DNA of 64,000 nucleotides from NCBI RefSeq assembly GCF_001194135.2, contig NC_068984.1, positions 69,615,957 to 69,679,956 on the forward strand, given 5' to 3'. This document shows positions 37,495 through 51,319 of the stretch, one piece after another. Under the pieces are notes generated by a model, which did not search any database, had not been told where the DNA came from, and saw only the letters and a list, made by a program, of their open reading frames with translations. Position numbers and translations under genes: made by a program. Numbering within the stretch: the stretch's first letter is position 1; the number at the start of each line of letters is the position of its first letter. Source of the DNA: Octopus bimaculoides. Taxonomy: Eukaryota.

Positions 37495-38110
37495 ATGCTG
37501 GCATCAGCCTCATGATCAAGACACCTGCTTGATAAAAGTGGAGGAGTAATAGTAGTAGTTTAACATGCTGACTTCTACATTTGGAAAGCACCTTGTCACT
37601 TTAGTAATCACCATTTCTGCTGCAAATTTTCAAGTGATAGAACCCTTTCAAACCAAAAGCCCTCACCTTCCATGGTACATTATATCATATTCTCTTCTGT
37701 ACTTTTTCCTATTGCCAGCAACCTCATCTCAAAATTCTCTACTGTCCCACTGAACTAATCTCTAACTACCTGAATCATCTGACGCTCCTCTTTGTCACTC
37801 TCCTATTCCATTTCAAGAATACTCTTTGCTCCTTTAACTTTTCTGTGCATCAGTGCCATCTCACTCACCAGAAACCAACTCATATGTTTCATATCTTACA
37901 TCAACAATTTTCATCCTGCACATGATTTCCCCTCCACCATCTCAGATACTTTCATTAACTTCCTTAACATATTGGTCTCTATTGACAGTCTCCATCTCTC
38001 CCAATCAGTTAACTAAAAAATACACCAAACAAACACTCACTCTACCTTGACTTTTCTTCTTTGCATCCTCACATTAATTTTGACATTATTTCACAATTCT
38101 TCTGACATCT
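37495..38110 (+). mobile_element. Penelope-like reverse transcriptase remnant
   Basis: IK.PA.DKSGGVIVV (KPADKG motif), YINNFHPAHDF.TISDTFINFLNILVSI and TNTHS.LDFSSLHPH (KPTDSHSYLDxxSSHP motif). Confidence 0.75.
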
Positions 38111-39289
38111 TCTTTTCTGTAGTAAAAATCTTGACTTCGAAGCAAAATTGAAGCAAATGTAACTATTTTCCCTCTTAAGGTGTTGTTTCATAGAGTCCAG
38201 TTCATCTATAAGACTGCCACACTCACGGCATAAACCTTCTCTCTCACACTCTGAATTTCTTTCCCTGTTACCTTCTATGTGTATGGCTATGTTGGTTACT
38301 TCACTCTCTTTCACAACTGCCTGTCTCTGCTTTCTGACTACACTGCTTTTCCTTTCTTTTTTTAGCTTTCATTTCTGTCTTTCAAAATGGATAAAATTTT
38401 AGCTGATTATTTAGTCAGTAGTTCTCTTGCTCCCTGGCACACCCAGTAAAGCTCTTTAAGTGTTCCTACCCTTATTGCCTTTCTCACCATACTGCTATTC
38501 TCATAGTCCCCAAATTTAAAATCGATGTAGTTCATTACTTTGACTGCAGCTCACCCTAGCTACTGTGTGGCTTGCATGCTCTGTGGTGCACTGCACTTGC
38601 AAGAAATAGGTTGTTGTTGTTTGGAAAATAGATTTCATAAGCACTCCAAATATTTTAAATAATGTCCAAGTAATCCTCAGAATTTATGACTCATCATTTC
38701 AGTTCACATGACCAATTCTTAGTTTGAAGTGTTCTGCAGCACTTTGGTTCTAAAAGGGCTCACGGACATATAGAGCAACACTTAATTTTCAATACGGTCA
38801 CTTCTGCTTTGGGTGGTCTTATCACAAGCATCAACTTCTGCTGATTTTAAATTCCTCTCCTTCCTTTTCCATCCCATTTTCACGTTTGCAGTTTTTTCTA
38901 GTTTAGATATAATTTGTACATAAGATGCAAATAGAAGCTGGTGAACATCAGGGATATGTATATGTATAAGTCTTTAAATTTGGTGACATCAACAATGAGA
39001 ACGATAAAGGGAAACAATTAAATAAAACTTTACCTTCATGGATCTCATTAGTATCAGTGAATAAGTAAACTCATTCAAGAAATAACTTTTCTTAAAACAT
39101 TGGAAGAGCTGCTTGTTATATGGGATGTTGACAAAATGTACAAAATATAATTAGATAGACTTATTATAACTTTAGTGATTAAGAAAACTTGTTTTCCTTC
39201 AATATCACAACTCATAATTTCTAACATCACATTGTGTGAAGTTACCTGACAGCTAAGAGCTTGCAGTGTGTAACAGTGAGTCTCTAGAT

Positions 39290-39590
39290 TTTCCGTCATC
39301 AGACAATATCTAACTTGGATTACGAGAAGTTTTCAAGCTTATACCAGGTTCGTTTCTTGCTTGTCAGGCCATCTTTCTTACTATCAGCAATATAGGTCCC
39401 AATGTACTTGAAGTCACTGCCCTCCTTGAATTGTTTACTATCTTTGGAAAAAATTGGCAGGTGTCTTTAACCCTTATTGATGGTCATGTAACTTGTCTTC
39501 TTTGAAATGAAAAACAGACCAACTTTGGCTCTTACTTTCTCACCTCATTAACTGTTTGATGTGCAAAACTTGTTAACAGCCTTTGAGAAT
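39290..39590 (-). mobile_element. RTE-X-like LINE RT remnant
   Basis: AKVGLFISKKTSYMTIN..FKEGSDFKYIGTYIAD resembles VGL.IN..KT.YM..V.DFKYLGS. Confidence 0.55.
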
Positions 39591-39624
39591 AAAGGTGCAT
39601 GACCTACAGAATAGGGAGTTGGGA

Positions 39625-39800
39625 TTGGGTTAGGTTGTAAGTTTGAATCCAGAACTGGGCAGCATGATGTGTCTTTGAATAAGGCAATTCATTTCATGTT
39701 TCTCCAGTCTCTTCGGTTGTACCAGCTGATAGCAGGTGCAGTTCTTTCTCCCTCCATCTGTCATACCCTCCATGTTGTGTTGTGTCATGTATGGGAGAGC
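39625..39800 (+). mobile_element. SINE family E, diverged
   Basis: gtttgaatccag..gtgtctttgaataaggcaattcatttcatg.ttctccagtc. Confidence 0.5.
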
Positions 39801-40489
39801 TGAGAGCATACCTATATTTGCTCTTAACTTGATAAACACTTAAAACAACTACTGGCATACATCATTAATACAGCTGTTACATACTAAACTCTAATTTTTA
39901 AAATGAAATAATCATGTTTAACAATAGTATACATAACAATACACCACCAGCATGCTAACTGAATTAACAGTTCCTATTGGATATATTTCCTACAAGTACA
40001 ATTTTTATCTTGATTTTCGTTTTGTATTAATATATATTAACATTCTTATATTGAGTAAGTATAGCAATTAAAATTTTCATATCTATTGAAGGAGGTGAAG
40101 TAGTCAATAAGGTGAAACAAACAAACAAACAAACAAATATTTTCATAGTATTCACTTCTTTAACTCTGAGTCCTGAGTTTAGATCCCCTCCAAATCAAAT
40201 TTATCTTTCCTTCACAATTTATTAAAAATTAAGTTCCAGTAATTAAGTGGTGGTCATGACTGTCCTGAAGGCTTTCTCCAGTCTGTACTTACATGGTAAA
40301 ATGAGCATTGAATAAATGATGACAGTAACGAGGAATGTTATGGGATCAGTTCAATGACATACGTCCCTTTACTAGGAAACTTCACACGTGCCAAAATAAG
40401 AAATCAATAATTATAAAATTGCATTAAAACTGCATTTATGATAATTCAATAGTCACCATTGATTCTTAATATTGTTAGGAGACACATAT

Positions 40490-40830
40490 TTGCAGAAGGA
40501 TGCAGTCAGTTGAATCAGCCAGCAGTGACTGTAGTATCTATCACAGGTTCATCTTTTATTGACCTTTGGGAGGCATGAAAGCAATATGATCTCTGGAAGA
40601 ATTTAAATTTGAAATATAAAGAGATAAAAGACATTTAATTATTGACCATAGTAGATCACAAGTACATCTTTTATTGACCTTTGGGAGGGATGAAAGCAAA
40701 GTAGTCTCAGAATGAATTTGAATTTGGAATATAAAGAGATGAAAATAAATATTATAAGGTATTTAATCTGTCACTATAATTTCTGCCAGGAAAGATTCCT
40801 TGTTGATTCTGCTGAAAGCTGCTTAAGTCA
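40490..40830 (-). mobile_element. SINE family A fragment with internal tandem duplication of about 115 bp
   Basis: catcttttattgacctttgggagg.atgaaagcaa...gaattt.aattt.gaa.tataaagagat occurs at about 40550 and 40665. Confidence 0.65.
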
Positions 40831-43334
40831 TCATTTTATTTCAATGACTTCTGAGATCTTTGCTAATGGGAAATGCTTGTTCACATTAAAATTTTGTTTT
40901 ATATTTAACAAGCAGTTAATATTTTTTATGGCATCTAGTTTATCTTTAATATAAGAATACAGTTGATGACTAGCTTCATTTCTTTGAATGCTATTTTCTT
41001 TTTTTCATATCTAATGAAGTGCTTAAATAGGAAGTTTATTTGAGACTTAATATCTCAACACAAACATGATTTTCATTTTTATTCAGATCTCATGATAAGA
41101 AAACTACTTATAATTACTACATTTTCTCATCATAGCCTGATTTACCAAAATTTTGGTGCTAAATAACATAAATTTGACTTCTGATGATCCGAAATGTGAG
41201 AGTTCTTAGAAATTTGTTAAGCTGATTTTAGACTATCTATTGGTGCCTCGTTGATCAAAGTAGATAGTCATCACTACATTTCAAAGTATTATTGTAAAAG
41301 CAGTCAAAGTGGTTACAAATGAAATCTTCAATACTGAAAGTGGATATTTTCATGCTTTATTTACTTTTATTTTTACGGCTAATTCTCATGTGGCTATTTT
41401 GATTTGTAGCCAGTAACTAGTGAAATCTTATGACAGATCACTGTATATGTAATTGTATTTGCTGGTGTGTGCATGCTTGCTTGTGTGTGTGTATATTTGT
41501 ATCTGAACATGTGTCTATGTGTGTGAGTGAACAGGAGAGAAAAGGATTTGAATGGAAATGAAAATTTTACAATTTTATCCCTACAATGACAACAACAAAA
41601 AAATACTAATAATGAATTGTTAGTAAATTTCTCATTTAATTTATTTGTTAGGTTGCCTGGCCATTTAGTTAATCAAGAAACTAGCTTTCATTATGAGACT
41701 TAGTAACAAGGTGGAGGAGTCATTCTGAAGCTGTTATTGGGTGATTGGAATTGGAAGTAGTAAAAATGTTCAAGTTTTAACTCAGTGTTAAAATCATCAA
41801 TTCCACAGATATTAATTTGCCTGTTTTCTACATTGAAGATAATCAAATAAGATTTAAGGGCTTCTGCAAAGGAAGAACAGTAAGAAGCAATCTTGTTTCT
41901 AAAAACAAGATATTAATTTTGGATGTTGGATTTTGATTTAGCTCTGTTTTGTAGATACAATGTTTCTTTAATAAATTGTGTAGGGCTTAAGCTTTTCAAT
42001 CCTTTACAACATAATTTTCATTTCATTTAATGTAATCTTTCATGTTACTTTCACTTAAATTCCTTATTCAAACAATGATTTAATCTCAGAAAGGAAAGGT
42101 TCTGTAGCTATTTGAGTTTATTTCTTTTTAAACTGCTGTTTGTTATCAGGTTGCTTTAGGTATTCAATCTTTTAGTTTTAACTTTGATGTACTTCAAATT
42201 TTTGCACTGGTAAACAAAAATGTTCCTGATTTTCTTTTCAAGTATTTTTATTATTTGTTTCTTACCCTTTTATCTTTTGATAAAAACAACTTCTTTTTTT
42301 TTTTAAATAAAAGCTTTGAAAAAAATTGTCCTTTGCTTAGTTATTTCTAACTTCTTTAAAAGATAATATTTAAAAGAAAGACACAAAGGTGTAACTTTAA
42401 ATCCCAAACTTTAACAGGTTAGTACATTAAAAAGTAGCCTGATGATTTACACAAGCCATGTATGTTGTATGTTTTCAATCAATATTGGAAATATATGATT
42501 AATCTGATTACAGATAGAGGGGTCACATGGTAGTGATATAAATCAATGAGTCAAAGTCACCAGCTTTGTGTTCTAACTGCACAAGCCTAATCAACAATAA
42601 TCATATCATTTTGTTATCAAATTCGCTGTTGTGGACTAACAAGTGATTGTATTTGGTAGTGATAGAGTAAATAGGTAACAAGTATTCTGTAAGATATTAA
42701 ATAAAACTCACCAACAATGATATGTCAAAACATTGAAAGGTACCATTCAGGAGCCTTGGATATTATATGTTTCTACTTTAGATGAAAATGTGCTACTGTT
42801 GTAGAGATGGAGAAGATGCTCTGAAACCTAGTGAATCCTCTCTATCAAATGTAATCTTGACATTTGCATATGTTGGAAATGAATAGTACTCCATGAATAA
42901 CAATGGAGTTTTAATGAATATAACCACAACACCTAGAAATAAGTAAACTAATTTAAAAAATACATTAAGTTAAAGGACCAGAAGTGATTTTGTGAAGCAT
43001 AAAATGAGGCAGTGAACGTGTAAGAAAGAGAGAAGGAAAGAGAAAATTAGGTGAATGGAATTTAACATATGGTGGACAGAAAGAAAGATAGAGATGCAAA
43101 GTAGAGAAAAAGGAAAGAAAGCAGTAAGGTGTTGATTATAAGGGTGGAATTGGTAAATGGTAAAAGCAAAGTAAGTTAAGATGATGAATATTCTAGTTGT
43201 TTAATTAAAAGTACTCCCTTAAATTAAAGTGTAAGTGATTGAGGATTTAAAGAATTTTAGTACCCTTAATCTAATACTCAGGCAGATGCATTGTGACTCA
43301 ATATATGACAAGGTCTTTCAAATATAGACACGGT

Positions 43335-43490
43335 CTATCTGACAGGCTTCCACATAGTTTCCACTTAATGTAATTCACAAAGTTTGGTCTAATCTGATGC
43401 TAAACACTTGCCCAGTGTGTTTTGGGGGTGGTATTGAACCTGGAACCATGAGAGTGGAAATTGATTTTCTTAACAACAAAGTTGTGCTTA
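43335..43490 (-). mobile_element. SINE family B 5' part
   Basis: acaggcttcc..ttcacaaagtttggt..acacttgcccag..ttgaacctggaaccatg. Confidence 0.6.
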
Positions 43491-44160
43491 CACTCAAGTG
43501 ACATGTAGACACATGCATTATTAAACAGTCTGATTGAAATATGCAACATTCGCAAATGTCTGTGAGGTAAAGAGAGGGGAGAGAGAAAAGGATAAAAGAT
43601 GTAGATGGAGGACAACAAATAAGTGTGTATAATATATATATAAATATACTAATAAATCTAGGCATACACAACTCAATTCATATATAAATGGATGTATGTA
43701 GCTTATACATAATTAACTACCTATATTTAGCTCATATATGCAAAAAGAGTTATTGTGTTTAAACACTACTATTTATAAAAGCGTAGAAGAAAAGTAGCAA
43801 GAGGAATAAGAGTGGAAACAGATGTGAAGCAAGAAGAAAGAAATCCTACTTAAAAAATCGTAGTCTTTTCAGCATTTGGAGTTAGAGGCATCTTCCACTA
43901 AAGTATTAGCATATTTAATGAAGGAGACAAAAAAGCCAGTTAGAAAAGTTTTGCATCTACATAATGATATTTTTCATGTCTATTTTGTGAATTATACTGA
44001 TGGCTGTACTTTGTTGACAAGGATAGAATATGACCAACAGATATCCTAAGGTGTCTCCAATACTTGCTGAGAAAATGAAAATAATACTTTTATTGATTGT
44101 TTTTTTTTTTTCTCATCATATATATGTTTCTAGTTAAGACTCTTACTATTTTTCATGCAG

Positions 44161-44207
44161 ACGGTACTCTTGAAGATCACTCAGTCTGACTGTTTTAATG
44201 AGTTTGT
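44161..44207 (+). CDS. Candidate 47-nt coding exon (TVLLKITQSDCFNEF), phase 0 to 2
   Basis: Acceptor actatttttcatgcag, donor TGT|gtatgt, open frame; no homology recognised. Confidence 0.25.
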
Positions 44208-46224
44208 GTATGTCTTACAATAAAAGCTGCTGAAAATCTTTAGTCAGTCAGAAATTATGAACTTTACATTTGAGCCAGCTACAAATACAGTGTTGGCACT
44301 TTATGCTCAGTGTTATACAGTCTATTTTAAATATATATACACAATCTAAATCCTATTTGAGCATATGAATACTTTAAGATACTTTGACAAGTTGGCTGCA
44401 TTTATACATGGTAACTAGTTGTACAATTAGTTTTCTAGATATTAACAAACCTTATCCTAATGGGGAAAACATTGCACATTTCAGCATGTGGTGGTTTATT
44501 GCATGGAGTGCAATTCAGTCTGAACATTTTTTGCTCTCTACATTGTTCTGTGTATTTCTGAAAATTACACTCAGACAATCTGGCTAACATCCAGGAAAAA
44601 GCCACATAAATGATTGGCATAAACCCCTTACAAACATACTCCAGGCTTATCCTATTGGCATGCTATCCTCTCTCTCTACCTTTTCTGCAGTTATTACAAA
44701 GGTCTCTGTTCCATGTAGTCGGCTGGCATCATATCTTCATTGAACCACCTGTCTTTTCTCCTCTCATAATCCCTGTTGTATCAACTACACAAAACTCTGC
44801 CCTAACCATTGCAACTTTTCTTCGTTGGAATCCCCTGTAACACTCACTTGTGTTGCCCTTTGTCATTCTCTTACAATAATTTAAATGAACCATTAACATC
44901 ATCAGTCTCGACTGTCTCGGAGAGTTTAGGAATGCTCTGTGCGCAACCCCCTTCTTCCACTGAAAAATATGCTAATGATGATGAACAAGAGAGTTGTGGA
45001 GAGAGAATGCAATGGAAAAAGATTTTGACTCACTTGGCATATATTTGTTGTTTGAATTATTGTGTGTTGTTGATAGTATGCTACAAGTATCAATGAATGA
45101 TAGAAACAGAACTTTAATAAGACCAATACATGTTCAATGTTATCACTATGCTGCCAAGAAAATCAGACTACTTTTCTTCACTATACTGCCCACATTCTAG
45201 TTTTAATTAATTTCAATTTTGGTCTTCTTTCCTGTGCATTCCTTAAATTAAATTTATCATTAAACTGATGGTTATTTCTCTTCACTGTGGTTGGAATTTT
45301 AATTACTTAACATTCCATGCTTCCTAACATTAAGTATTTTAGTTTTGACTTCTGCATTCAGTTTCCATACAGAGTATTATCCTTCTTAGACACAGAGTTG
45401 CCACATTTTGAAATGGAAAGACTTTTCTTTTCCTTTGATTTGAAAGAATAATGAAAAGTCAGAAGAATTAAAATTGTTTTTAAAAGTATTCACTTGGAGA
45501 ATGAGAACAGGAGTTGCGTTTTGGTTCAAAGTTGTCTCTGCTCAAGAAGCCTAAAATCTAAAGCATTCTAGCAATGACCATCTCGTTTTTTTTTTCAGAG
45601 GTAATGTATCCCAGATTACATTATCCAATGTGTTTTTTAAAATGCTATTTTAGATTTTTTTTTGTAATTTCTACTGGCTCTTTATCAGAGGAGAAAAAAA
45701 CCTCAGTGACTAATTGGGTAAAAAATAAAAAGGAAGTTGTACTTGAACTAGAGCCCACCTCAAATGCTTGCAACAGAGTGGACCCCACTAAAGGCCACCA
45801 TGAGCCAGATCAAGTGACCATATAAAGGCTCCATTACTGGTTGTTGAGGAGAGGCTTGATTAGTGTGCGTGTGTGGGTATTTGTAGGGATGTAGTGCATA
45901 GTAGTAATTCGTATTGTGTTAACAGTCAATAACACTTCTACATAGTCAGATCATACCTCAGGAGACAATTAGAGATTAATTATCTGAAAAGAGGTTACAA
46001 ATTGCCCTTCCATGTATTCAGGTTAATTGCTACATGTAGAAACAAAGTTACATAAAGCTTAAGATGTCACAGCTGGATAATTGTCTACTAACGATGATGT
46101 GTTCAAACTTCACAACAATCATCATATTTTGTCACACTTCATTTGGTTGTTGAGAATCCGTAATGTAAGCTCTTTAGCTTAATTTTAGATATCATAGTTA
46201 TAACCATTTTGAAGTATCACTTTT

Positions 46225-46570
46225 ATGGCCAGTCTTGGTTTCTTATTATAAATCTTGTAATTGTAGTCATGGCCAGTGCTGGTGACATGTAAAAATCCAT
46301 CCCATCCATGTCATTGACACATAAAAGGCACCCATATGCCAGTGACATGCAAAAGGTACCCATGCTGGTGACACATAAAAAAACACCCACAACACACTTG
46401 GAATGGTTGGTGTCAGGAAGGGCGTCCAGTTGTAGAAACCAAGTCAAACCAGGCTGGAGCTTGGTGCAGCTCTTCAGCTTACCAGTCCTAGTCAAATTAT
46501 CTAATGGTTAAACTCTAACCTATGCCAGCATGGAAAATGGATGCTAAATGATGATGACAGTGATGATAGA
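46225..46570 (+). mobile_element. SINE family D with internal subrepeats (gccagtgctggtgacatgtaaaa)
   Basis: Subrepeat head plus ggttggtgtcaggaagggcgtccagttgtagaaacc..gccagcatggaaaatggatgctaaatgatgatg. Confidence 0.75.
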
Positions 46571-48747
46571 TTTATGTAGACACAAAGGGTAAAAAGAAGT
46601 CAATCATATTAACACCATTATGTGCTGGTTACTTATTTTGACAAGTTTAACTGACTTGTCAGACTTAAACCCAGGGTTAACTTAAACTCATGATATAGAT
46701 GGAAGAGACTAAACATTTGGAGTCTAGCACTAGTATTTCTATTAACTCATCATTCATCAACTTTAAAAAATAATAAGATAAGAAACTTGTAAAAATGTTA
46801 GAGTGATTTATTGAGACAGTTAATGATAAAAAATACTTCAGAATTTGTAAAGGAAATACATATTTGTGCATCTTAAATCCAGTTTGAATTAATCTTCTAT
46901 TCGTAGAAGTGCCTCTTTGTTATAAGCTTTCTGTGAGTAATAGATTGATATAATCATTAGAATGAGAAAGTGCCTTGCAGTATTTCTTCTGGTTCTATCC
47001 GTACCAGTCAAGTATTCTGTTTAATGTAATTTACTAGCTCCATCTACTAAAGATTTGGCCTTGTGCCTATATATTAAATTGTTATTATCAACTTATTTTC
47101 TTGTATATCTAAATGATAATGCACAAAATACATATTTGGAAAAAACTTACTAATACAGCTGAGGAAAATACTTCAGAACAATGTACTGCATACTAAATGT
47201 GAATATGGCAAAGTTATACATATTTAGTATAGTGAAATAATAAAACTCTGATCAACTTCAATTATCTAATCAATTAGTAGACAAAATTCTCATAAGAGAT
47301 GCTAAAAAAAACAAAAAACAAAGGCAAGAGAGATGTCACCAAAAAGAGAGCGCAACTCATCAGAATATTTTGTAGACAATGTAGAATGGAATGAATCGAA
47401 TCTTTAAAACAAACAGTTGAAAGTAATGGATATATTTCAAGCTGATTAGAGCTCTTCAGCAAAGTATTCTAGTGGGTTGGCAAGACTATGAGTGATAAGA
47501 AATAACAAAAAAATTAATGGTGCTGTTTATGAACATCAACAATATGGCTGAAACAAATATTTTAGGTGAGTATTCTGCATACTAATAACAAATATGGTAA
47601 TGTTTCTCATACTTAATATAGTGAATTGAAAAACACCACTTTCCTGAGATTATCGAAGCAATTATCTGAGAAACCCCTCTAAGGTTGGCTAAAATCTAAA
47701 CGCAAGCAAAGGAGATAAAGACTGAGATTTATTATGTTCACCATTTAGCTTTAAAGACCAGATCCACTTCAATATGCATTATGTCTATAATTCAAAAACT
47801 GTAATGAACAAATCTTATTGGAATTACTTCTTTTGTTGTTTTTAGATTTTAGATAACTCTATAGGAAGTGTTTGCCTATTAATTGCTTGGACATCCAGAG
47901 CTGGCAAAAAGTATTCAAGTCACTCCACTCCACATATGAGACTAACTATATTTCTGAAAAGTACTTACTTTGTCATATGATTTCTTTCCCATTAGGAAAA
48001 TAATATAAGAAAGATAATTAGAATATTAATATAAAATATCTCTGTTAATTAATTAGTAAAATATATATTTCTATATTATAGAGAAAAAAAAGAAATCTAT
48101 AGTGAAATTTATAATGAAAAAATTTGAGACTATGTGGTAGGGGAAATATGGACAATGAAATTGGGAAATTCTGTCCATTTTCGAGAAACAAGTTGATCTG
48201 CTTTAATCTGCTGAATTTGCTAAGTGAGTCAAAGAGATTGATTGAATATGGATGAGCTAAAGAATGCAGCTAAACTTAAGAAGCATGAAAATAAGATAAT
48301 TGCAGTCATTCAGACATGCAATGTCGATTGTTGGTGCACGCAAAGTATATTTTGAACAGCTGGTCAGCAGTAACTATAGTATAGGGCAGCCAAGTTAGAT
48401 AGATACAAGCTGTCAAATTTAGAACACTGTATCACGGAAGGTTGGAATAAAAATAAAGCAGGCATAATCTCATAATTTGTCCAACTCATTTCTATAGAGA
48501 AAAATGAACATAACAATCAGATGTGTTGGTGGTGGCAGTGATGGTAGTGGTGGTGGCAGTGATGATGATGATGGTGGTGGTGATAGAATCAGTTACTACT
48601 CAAGTCCTGAATATATCCAAGTGATTGATCAGAAATGTAAAATGTACTGTCATTCAAGTAGCTTTGCAATGATGCATAATTCATCTATTTCACCAAGTCA
48701 ACTAATGATTTTTCATTTCTATCTATCTACCTATCTCTTTACTCTTT

Positions 48748-48930
48748 TACTTGTTTCAGTCATTTGACTGTGGCCATGCTGGAGCACCGCCTTTAGTCGA
48801 GCAAATCGACCCCAGGACTTATTCTTTGTAAGCCTAGTACTTATTCTATTGGTCTCTTTTGCGGGGACGTAAACACACCAGCATCAGTTGTCAAGAGATG
48901 TTGGCGGGACAAACACAGACACACTAACAT

Positions 48931-48960
<30 letters not shown>
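48748..48960 (-). mobile_element. SINE family B 3' part, cut by a gap
   Basis: gactgtggccatgctggagcaccgcctttagtcgagcaaatcgaccccaggacttattctttg is a near-exact reverse complement of 32505-32570. Confidence 0.85.
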
Positions 48961-48974
<14 letters not shown>

Positions 48975-49423
48975 NNNNNNNNNNNNNNNNNNNNNNNNNN
49001 NNNNNNNNNNNNNNNNNNNNNNNNNNNNNNNNNNNNNNNNNNNNNNNNNNNNNNNNNNNNNNNNNNNNNNNNNNNNNNNNNNNNNNNNNNNNNNNNNNNN
49101 NNNNNNNNNNNNNNNNNNNNNNNNNNNNNNNNNNNNNNNNNNNNNNNNNNNNNNNNNNNNNNNNNNNNNNNNNNNNNNNNNNNNNNNNNNNNNNNNNNNN
49201 NNNNNNNNNNNNNNNNNNNNNNNNNNNNNNNNNNNNNNNNNNNNNNNNNNNNNNNNNNNNNNNNNNNNNNNNNNNNNNNNNNNNNNNNNNNNNNNNNNNN
49301 NNNNNNNNNNNNNNNNNNNNNNNNNNNNNNNNNNNNNNNNNNNNNNNNNNNNNNNNNNNNNNNNNNNNNNNNNNNNNNNNNNNNNNNNNNNNNNNNNNNN
49401 NNNNNNNNNNNNNNNNNNNNNNN

Positions 49424-49463
<40 letters not shown>

Positions 49464-50098
49464 ATTAATTTCGTTTGAGCACAATGTCTAGATTAGAGAC
49501 TTAGCTGCTTTTTAAAAATAAAAGAAGCAAATTGTATGAAAAACAAAGAGAAGAAAAAACAAATCATTATGAAGTAAATCAGAGTCACTGACAATAACTT
49601 GATACATACCATTCTGTTGATGTAGAATGGGGTTAAAATGTGCTAATGAATAACTCTCTATTTAATTTCTAACCCCTGCAAAATACATAATCATTACAGT
49701 TTATTGTCTGATGTTGTAAATTAGAACATGAATTATATTAAGTGTAAGTTACAAACTAAAAATTGATTGTTTTGAAAGACATTTCAGACGTTTCTTATAA
49801 TATATGTCTGAAAATAGTGAAACCTCATTGGCACCAGTCTAAAGATTTGCACACATCAAAGATAAAGAGTGGGGAAATGTTTTGGTATCATTCCAATGAA
49901 CACAATTCCGAATCTTGTATTCACATTTAATTTATGATATTATAAAGTCTTTGATTCCTGGAGTGAATTTTCTGAGATATTCTTATTTGGTTAAAAAGAA
50001 GAGAGAGAGAGAGCAGAGTATATGGAGAAAGACAGGGATGCAAAGAGAGACAGAAACACAGCAGTCAAGCAGATAAAGAATGAAAAAAAGAGAAGAGT

Positions 50099-50129
<31 letters not shown>

Positions 50130-50239
50130 CCATTACAGCATGGAAAATGGGAGTTAAATGATGATGATGATGAGATATATATGAATCTATATATCTATAT
50201 ACATACATACATTTATATATATATTATACAAATAGCACT

Positions 50240-51200
50240 GGTGGCAGATTCAGAAGAGCAACTGAGGAGACAGGTGGTACAGTTTGGAAGAGTGTGTGAG
50301 AAGAGGAAACTGAAAGTGAATGTAGCTAAGAGTAAGGTGATGAGATGTTCGAAGGATTGAATGGCTGGTAGGATGAATGTGAGTATAAATGGTGAGATGT
50401 TAGAGGAGGTCAGTGTTTTTAAGTATCTGGGATTGCATGTGACAGTGGATGAGGGTTTGGTTGAGGAAGTGGGATATAGAGTGAGGGAGGGGGAGTAAGA
50501 TNNNNNNNNNNGGAGGGGGAGTAAGATACTTGAAGTTGTGGAAGATATGCTGAGAGATAAACGTTGAGTATGAAAATGGAAAGTGGTGTATATGAGGGCA
50601 TGATTGTGCTGTGGGGCTGAGAGAGGCGGAAAGGACGTGACTAGATGTATTTGAGATGAAATGTTTCAAGGCTATGGTTGATGTGACATGGATGAACAGG
50701 ATGAGGAAAGAGGACTGAAAGAAAAACTAATAACCAAAAATGGATAGACAAATGTTGAGGTGGTTTGGCCACATGGAGAGGATGGATGAGGAGTGGATGG
50801 TAAGGAGGGTGATGAAGGCAGAAGTGACAGGCAGCACAACTAGAGGCAGACCTCTGTTTGCGTTGATGGATGGAGTTTGAAAAGCTTTGGTGGTTAGAAG
50901 TGTTGGAGTGAGAAAGGCAAGAGAGTTTATAAATGATAGGAAAGCTTGGAGAGTGTTTGTGGATGGACGAGTGAATTTGATGTTGCTCAAAGGGGTACGG
51001 AACCAGTACGGTGTAGTGGGGGTAAACCAGCATATGTTGTTGGGCCCCGCAACTGATATTGGGAGTTGTGTTCTATGCCTTGACCTGTACATAGAACAAG
51101 GCTTGACTATTTGAGCTGGGAAATGAATGAAATGTCTGATGTGTGTTTTGTGTGGCTACCCACTCCTAAAAAAATGGGGACTAGGCCTGGGTATATAAAA
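50240..51200 (+). pseudogene. RTE-clade LINE, 5'-truncated: RT C-terminal part and 3' UTR
   Basis: ALVADSEEQLRRQV..RKLKVNVAKSKVM, VFKYLG, FEMKCF, LRWFGHMERM..RRV...GRP..DGV..DRKAWR; frameshifts and stops. Confidence 0.9.
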
Positions 51201-51319
51201 AAAATATATATATGTAAAGAGAGAGACAAAAATTATATATAGATCTTTATTTGCTCATCTGAAATAATTTTTTACACTCAGATACCCTCCCCCCACACAC
51301 ACACATATATATGTGTGTA

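Noticed and set aside
44384-45200. Several overlapping 61-95 aa ORFs on both strands
   Set aside because: No recognisable motif and no consistent splice boundaries; YANDD only vaguely resembles an RT YADD. Unresolved, so not called.
48150-48435. Possible Tc1-like transposase C-terminus and TIR
   Set aside because: Similarity too degraded to support a call.
48884-49484. ORFs of 186-242 aa here and at 62203-62951, 18603-18976, 11424-11886
   Set aside because: Their length comes from N-gaps translated as X.
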